This document shows positions 31,498-36,842 of a stretch of 36,842 nucleotides of DNA, piece by piece. A model generated the notes under the pieces. It did no database searches, was not told the DNA's origin, and saw only the letters and a program-made list of their open reading frames with translations. The number at the start of each line of letters is the position of its first letter. Within the stretch, counting starts at the first letter, position 1. This DNA is from Nemertoderma westbladi (Eukaryota; Animalia; Xenacoelomorpha): assembly GCA_032718475.1 (NCBI GenBank), contig JAUCBJ010008897.1, positions 1 to 36,842 of the forward strand, written 5' to 3'. The translations under genes and the position numbers were made by a program.

Positions 31498-33171
31498 CTA
31501 AACTCTAAGCTGCCCCTCGATCTTCCATCGATTCTTCCATGAGGCACTGTCCCGATGTCCCCCTGCGCGTCCTCTTATCTTTCCACCCACTTTCCTCGCC
31601 AACTCCAACTCATCTGGAATTGGCTCTCCCCCTTTCACCACCCCAAAATCGGGTCTCTCCACCGCCTTCTTAACTATGTCCTCTCTTGGCATCAAAATGC
31701 CATCTCTTTCTTTGTTGTCTCCCGCCGGCAGAATGAATAGAAAGTGAAAGAACAGGCAGAACAGTAGTCCTATTCCTTTCCATCCTGCCTTCCTTCTCGA
31801 CTTCCCCCTTGTCGGTATGCCTCCAAACCGGACCGGCATCTCTTCCGGACACTCCTCTAGACACTCCTGCAGACACTCCTCTGGAGTGTTGTCCTCCGGA
31901 CACCTCGCCGTCCGCTCCGCTTCATCTCCATACCGATGCTTGCTGGGAAACCTACTCTCCTCTGCCCACTTTCTTACTGTCACCTCCCTATCTGGCTCTA
32001 CTATATCCTCCGGCTTCTTATCTTCGTCCTCTATGTCTGCGGTGCCTGGTAACATGCATCCTGATGTCTCTGTCACACTGCATGGTATCTTAGTTTTAAC
32101 TGGGCCGCTAAGCATCCACCCGAACGGCGTGAGGATCGCCGTCGGATCCCGCTGCCTGTCTTCGCCGAAGACCATCTTCGTTCTCTCGTGGGCCGTCGGG
32201 CAGTCCATCCCTACTATAATGGACACCTTCCTAAGGTCCACCTTTGGTATTGAGAAATCGATACCGTCCAGGAATCTATATTGTTCGACCTCAATGTTGG
32301 TTGGTCGCCTGGCATTGATGTTTATCGATTCTATGACGTGGATGGGGTCGATCGTCGCCCCATAGTCGTATCCCGGTGCAATCGCTGCTATCCTGCACCG
32401 CCCCGCCCTCGTCTCCAGGACCTCATCTTTACTCGAGACGGTAGTCACCGCCATTCTATTCGGCCTTGTCTTTAGCCCTATCTCTTCGGCCACCCAGTTC
32501 TCCACCAGCGTGAAGGCTGCTCCGCTGTCGACCAGCATTAATGTCGTTACTGATCGACCGCCCTCTCCTGATATCTTTACTGGTACTACCCCGAGTAGTA
32601 CTTTTCTCTTCTTCTCCTCTTCTGTCGTGCTTGTGGCCATTGCCTGGCCTCCAGTCTCGGACTCTCTAACTGCTGTCTCTCTACACTCTCCGGATCTGTG
32701 TCCTTCTACCACACATCGATGACATAGTCCGTTCGCGTCTGTGTAGGCTATACGATCTTGTTTGGGCAATGCTTGCCAGTGCTTACAACTCCTGGTCTTA
32801 TGTGTTCCATCCCGATGTAATTGACATTCGAATCCTGGATCATAGCGTTCCCTGTATAGTCCCTCACGTATCGCGCCTAGGTTTATATGTACCGATTTAG
32901 TGTTTTGGTTGTCTGTATTCGGCCTACTGGGCACATTGGGATTATGTTTATTTATGGTGTTATTTTCTTTCTGTCCCCGCCACGGTGTGGCCCTGCTACC
33001 AGCTAACTGTGGACTAGCAGTCCCCTGTGTGGCCGCATGTGGTAGTGATTGTCCTACTCTCGGGAGTGGATCTGCAGGATCGTGTTCGGGTTTATGGCTT
33101 GTCCCCAAACTATCCTCGCTATAGACTGGGTCTGTTATTAATTCGGCTTCATAGTTGAGGAAGCTCGACAT
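31498..33171 (-). CDS. BEL/Pao-derived ORF (557 aa): two Gag zinc knuckles and an aspartic protease; no capsid region, no RT; novel C-terminal tail
   Basis: CQLH..H..C and CHRC-x4-H-x4-C, VLLGVVPV, MLVDSGA, IIVGMD and PTAILTPFGWMLSGP are present, followed by unrelated sequence containing a hydrophobic stretch. Confidence 0.85.
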   Translation of the reverse strand: MSSFLNYEAELITDPVYSEDSLGTSHKPEHDPADPLPRVGQSLPHAATQGTASPQLAGSRATPWRGQKENNTINKHNPNVPSRPNTDNQNTKSVHINLGAIREGLYRERYDPGFECQLHRDGTHKTRSCKHWQALPKQDRIAYTDANGLCHRCVVEGHRSGECRETAVRESETGGQAMATSTTEEEKKRKVLLGVVPVKISGEGGRSVTTLMLVDSGAAFTLVENWVAEEIGLKTRPNRMAVTTVSSKDEVLETRAGRCRIAAIAPGYDYGATIDPIHVIESININARRPTNIEVEQYRFLDGIDFSIPKVDLRKVSIIVGMDCPTAHERTKMVFGEDRQRDPTAILTPFGWMLSGPVKTKIPCSVTETSGCMLPGTADIEDEDKKPEDIVEPDREVTVRKWAEESRFPSKHRYGDEAERTARCPEDNTPEECLQECLEECPEEMPVRFGGIPTRGKSRRKAGWKGIGLLFCLFFHFLFILPAGDNKERDGILMPREDIVKKAVERPDFGVVKGGEPIPDELELARKVGGKIRGRAGGHRDSASWKNRWKIEGQLRV

Positions 33172-33257
33172 TTCTTCTAGGCCCGGTTCCGCACCTTTCT
33201 TCTCACGTGTGGAGAAAGCGATTTTATACGCGTCCCCGCCGTGTGGATGAAAAGAGT

Positions 33258-33744
33258 TGTTGTTCTGACGTTGTTGTTAAGGATATAAATTGAGATAACA
33301 TATAGTGTATAGGTACAATAGCAGATAGCACTGAATACTGCTGCACTGGTACCGGTAATGTGATGACGGCGGTGACGGTCCTAACTGTCACCGTACTACC
33401 TGACTGTACTGACCGACTGAGATAACTGACTGAATAGGGGAGCACCAACAGGTAATATACTGCACGGTTGGCCATATTAGTGTACCTAGTCGATGCTGTC
33501 ACCCCATTGGCTAATATCCCTGTTGGCACCCTTTGCCCCCCTCTGAAGTGCTTCCCTTCGCCCTTGCTGTTCTCTCTTGGTTAGGGGTTTGGCCCCTGAC
33601 CCTTATTGTGTGTGTCTCCTTTGGGGCCTGTTGTCCCCGTTTACTGGGGTGACACGAGGTTGATTGGTAATCAACCTCGTGCTCCCAATATTGCTTAATG
33701 GCTCACTCTATGGGTTTGTGTTAGCGGAATTGGATAAGCTAACA
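33258..33744 (-). repeat. Candidate unpaired 5' LTR of the gag-protease element
   Basis: The minus strand begins TGTTAG (same as the stub after the PPT at 30204), contains CCAAT and a TTCAGTCAGTT initiator-like motif, and ends ...AACAACA upstream of the ORF. No twin copy exists in the window, and the 3' boundary is uncertain (33521 is an alternative). Confidence 0.4.
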
Positions 33745-33765
33745 ACCTTTAATCTTATACTAATC

Positions 33766-33833
33766 CAAGGACTTCTAGAACATAGTATATATTCATATAA
33801 CATAGAATATATACTATGTTCTAGAAGTCCTTG
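33766..33833. mobile_element. 68-bp TIR-only miniature DNA element with a 7-bp TSD (P-superfamily-like signature)
   Basis: A perfect 29-bp inverted repeat CAAGGACTTCTAGAACATAGTATATATTC around a 10-nt core, flanked by ACTAATC at 33759-33765 and 33834-33840. Confidence 0.8.
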
Positions 33834-34213
33834 ACTAATCTTAATATACATAATTATAATAATGTCATATCAAAGTTATACAAAACATTAATCTATATAA
33901 GCATGAATATCTATAATACTTATATGTATTTTATTAACAAAAATTCAAAGTAAAAGATTGTAGTTCTTAATCTTAAGATTAATTTAAAACTTACACAGCA
34001 TTGGGGTAAAATATTAATATGATATAATAAAAAATAATAAAATAAATAAATAAATATCAGTAGGCTAAAGGTAAGTGGAGTCATCTAATTTAACCGAATA
34101 ACTAACCGAATAGGATACAGATATTCTTCGATAATCTAAAAAAAACAAGTTTATACGGTGCTTAGTACTATTACTCGGCGGGTGATGCCTCGGTAATCAA
34201 CCCCACGGGCGGG

Positions 34214-36838
34214 TTGATTACTCTCGCAAAGCCAGAGCTCAACCCCTCGCTGATTTACGAGAACGACTCATGTATAATTGTTAAAACAGATATAGCATTC
34301 TTCATTGTTTATTATTTCGTACCCGTCACACAAATTGCAGATATTATTCTGGATGTCAACCATTCGCTATCGCACATTGATAGCTCCAGGTCTATTCTAA
34401 TCGGTGGTGACTTCAACTGCCGGTTGGACTCGGGAACCCGAGGATTGGAACTAACTGATCACTTACAAAACCTCGGATTTATCATTCTTAACGATAAAGA
34501 TGTATCAACTTATGTTTCCCCGCAAGGTGATAGTGCTATTGATATACTCTACATTAAATATCCTGGTGCTGTTCCCCAATGTATCCCGATAGTTTCAATA
34601 AAAAACGATCCCATACGAAAACACCAACGCGCATCAGTTACCCTTCATTTCCCGTCACCTAATAATGGTCTAATAATGAGAGGTAGACCTTCTCAGCTAG
34701 GTAGGAAGTTAGATGTCAATCAACTCATATCTAACTTACATGGGGAAGTAATTATTGAGTCAATAAATAACAATGATCTGGATGCGGCTAACGAACTACT
34801 AACCAATGCCATAGTAAACTCAACTGTACCGAAATGCTCACATAAACACTCTAATAAACCATGGTTCGACGCAGAATGTAAAGTTCTCAAGGCCAGTCTT
34901 GTAGAAGCAATGACAAAACGAAATGAGTCGGATAATAATAAACAACGCTTTTGGGAATTACGGAAACAATATAAACTGGTTATAAAGAGTAAACGCGAAT
35001 TATTCGAGGAACAACAATTGACTGAGAAGCTGAGTAAAGCTGAAGTTAAACCTTGGGATCTCTTCCGAGACCGCAAACCCACAGTGGCCCCCATCGAAGC
35101 TGGTCAACTAGAAACACATTTCGAAGATCTCCTAGGCTGCGCCAATGATCCCCCGGACTGCCCAAATATACCTTACACTACAGAGCAGGAAAGGACTGAA
35201 CAGGAATGGTTTAACGAACCAATCACAGGGGCTGAAATTAAATCAGTAATCAATGAGGCTGCAAACAATAAAGCCAGTGGACCCGACCGACTATTTTACG
35301 AGCATCTGAAGCAAGGGCTGCCTATCATCCTAACTTTCCTCACTCTGATCTACAACGCCTGTTTAAATGTAGGAACTCTGCCTTGTATTTGGCTTGAAAG
35401 TTTTATCGTTATACTCTACAAGGGAAAAGGAACCATAACAAATCCTGACAATTACCATGGGATCACACTTCTATGTGTACTTCTTAAGACCCTGACATCC
35501 ATAATAAATATGAGAATTCGTTTTAATATCCCGCCGACCTCGATTCCTCAGGAGCAATTCGGGTTCACTCCTGGAAGGTCTACAATGGGAGCCATTAGTC
35601 AGTTAATAAGCGATATCGCAGAAGCTTTGAACAGCCCTAACCCTAAGAACCGAAACACTTATGTTTTGTTTGTCGATTTCCGAAAGGCCTTTGATTCAAT
35701 CAGCAGGTCAGTGCTACTATGGAAACTACACAATTTTGGCATCAGAGGTAAGATTTACGACCTAATAAAGGCGTTGACTCATAACAAAATCCGAATATTT
35801 GATGGCCTCAGACTATCGAATATAATAAATCAATTACGTGGAGTTTTACAAGGGGACTGCCTATCACCAACCTGCTTCATTTTATACATCGCAAACCTCG
35901 CCAATGCTATTCGAAACGCCGTCGCCCTCATAAAGTTTATATTTTATGCCGATGACTTGGCAATCTATGCAAGTAACCGCGAAGAAATTCAACTTGTATT
36001 AGACATTTTGTATAAATGGTGTGTAGCCAATGGAATGAGTGTAAATCTAGTCAAAACAAAGGTTGTAAAGTTCAGAAGGGGTGGCCGATTGGCCGCTACC
36101 GATATGTTCCACTACGACAATAAACCGGTGATTATTGCTAATCAATATGAATATCTTGGGGTCACTCTTCAGTCGTCCTTGAGTTTCACCGAGCACATAA
36201 AGGCAAAAAAGAAATCAGCCTGTAGCGTCATCGGCTCCCTTAACAATCTACCTCTACTGTCTACTGAAACTGGCATAAATGTGTTCCAAATGAAAATCTC
36301 CCCCATAGCTTCATACGCAATTAAGGAAATTGGTAAATATCTACGGCTACAGCATCTTAAAGATTTGGATATCATTAAAACAACCCACCTCAAACGAATG
36401 CTAGGGCTTCACACCTCTGCCTCCTCGACACTTTGCCTGCGCCTCCTCAACGAGAATTCGTTTGTAGAGGACCTCGCCGTTAAGTTCCCAGGAGCGTTTA
36501 ACGTGGAGATTCTCTCTGCATACAGAGAGTTTCGCGCCGAGAGAGATGCAAACTTTGTCGCCGAACAATATTCCGATGGCCCAGCTTTCTCCTCGGCAAC
36601 GTGGAAGAAGCCTGGTCAGAAGAACCGGCACCTGGTCGCGCGAGCGACAGCCCACGGATTTCACCACAAGCTGTGTCTGAACAACCGGGGGTTCCATGAA
36701 CTCTCCTCTAGCTGCGTCTGCAGATTCTGTATGGAATCGTCCCAGTCGCGTTACCATGCGCTTCATTGCCCTCAATGTTCGCGCTTTCAGACCTTTGGCA
36801 GTTTAACCCACCAAATTAAGATGTCTTCTAGATATTAA
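34214..36838 (+). mobile_element. 5'-truncated non-LTR retrotransposon ORF (partial APE endonuclease, RT, C-terminal Cys/His finger); clade uncertain, RTE/RTEX-like
   Basis: Endonuclease GGDFN and SAID; KPWFD; KASGPD; NYHGITLL; QFGF; FVDFRKAFDS; GVLQGDCLSP; FYADD; YEYLG; C-terminal HGFHHKLC..CVCRFC..H..HC. The frame is uninterrupted for 874 codons. Confidence 0.93.
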
Positions 36839-36842
36839 ATCA

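Noticed and set aside
33437-33450. TGGTGCTCCCC as a primer-binding site
   Set aside because: It is not immediately preceded by an LTR-terminal CA and sits among promoter-like motifs, so it cannot be supported without the host tRNA set.

Overview
This is eukaryotic, AT-rich DNA (probably an invertebrate animal; the species cannot be called), dominated by retroelements. Left to right: (1) the first coding exon of a ZnT1/SLC30A1-like zinc exporter on the minus strand; (2) a tRNA-like sequence, a LINE 3' remnant and minisatellites; (3) a complete, apparently very young BEL/Pao LTR retrotransposon at 6717-14726 (752-bp LTRs, 5-bp TSD TGTCT, intact 2018-aa Gag-Pol); (4) a decayed LINE RT fragment; (5) a rearranged minus-strand BEL/Pao complex at about 21850-33750; (6) a 68-bp TIR-only DNA element with a 7-bp TSD; (7) a 5'-truncated APE-RT LINE. 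The main candidate novelty lies downstream of the second BEL integrase, in the position where some BEL elements carry env. The 619-aa and 753-aa ORFs there are one reading frame of about 1417 codons broken by a single TAA. It encodes a DEDDy (WRN/MUT-7/EXD-like) 3'-5' exonuclease-like domain plus three CCHC zinc knuckles and has no transmembrane segment. A diverged, internally deleted second copy of this ORF lies at about 15604-16212 and has a sense codon at the stop position. An array of 13 GGCRY-N5/6-RTGCC palindromes with invariant arms and variable loops occupies the place where the second element's RT should be. All domain calls are by-eye motif recognition; no database searches were run.
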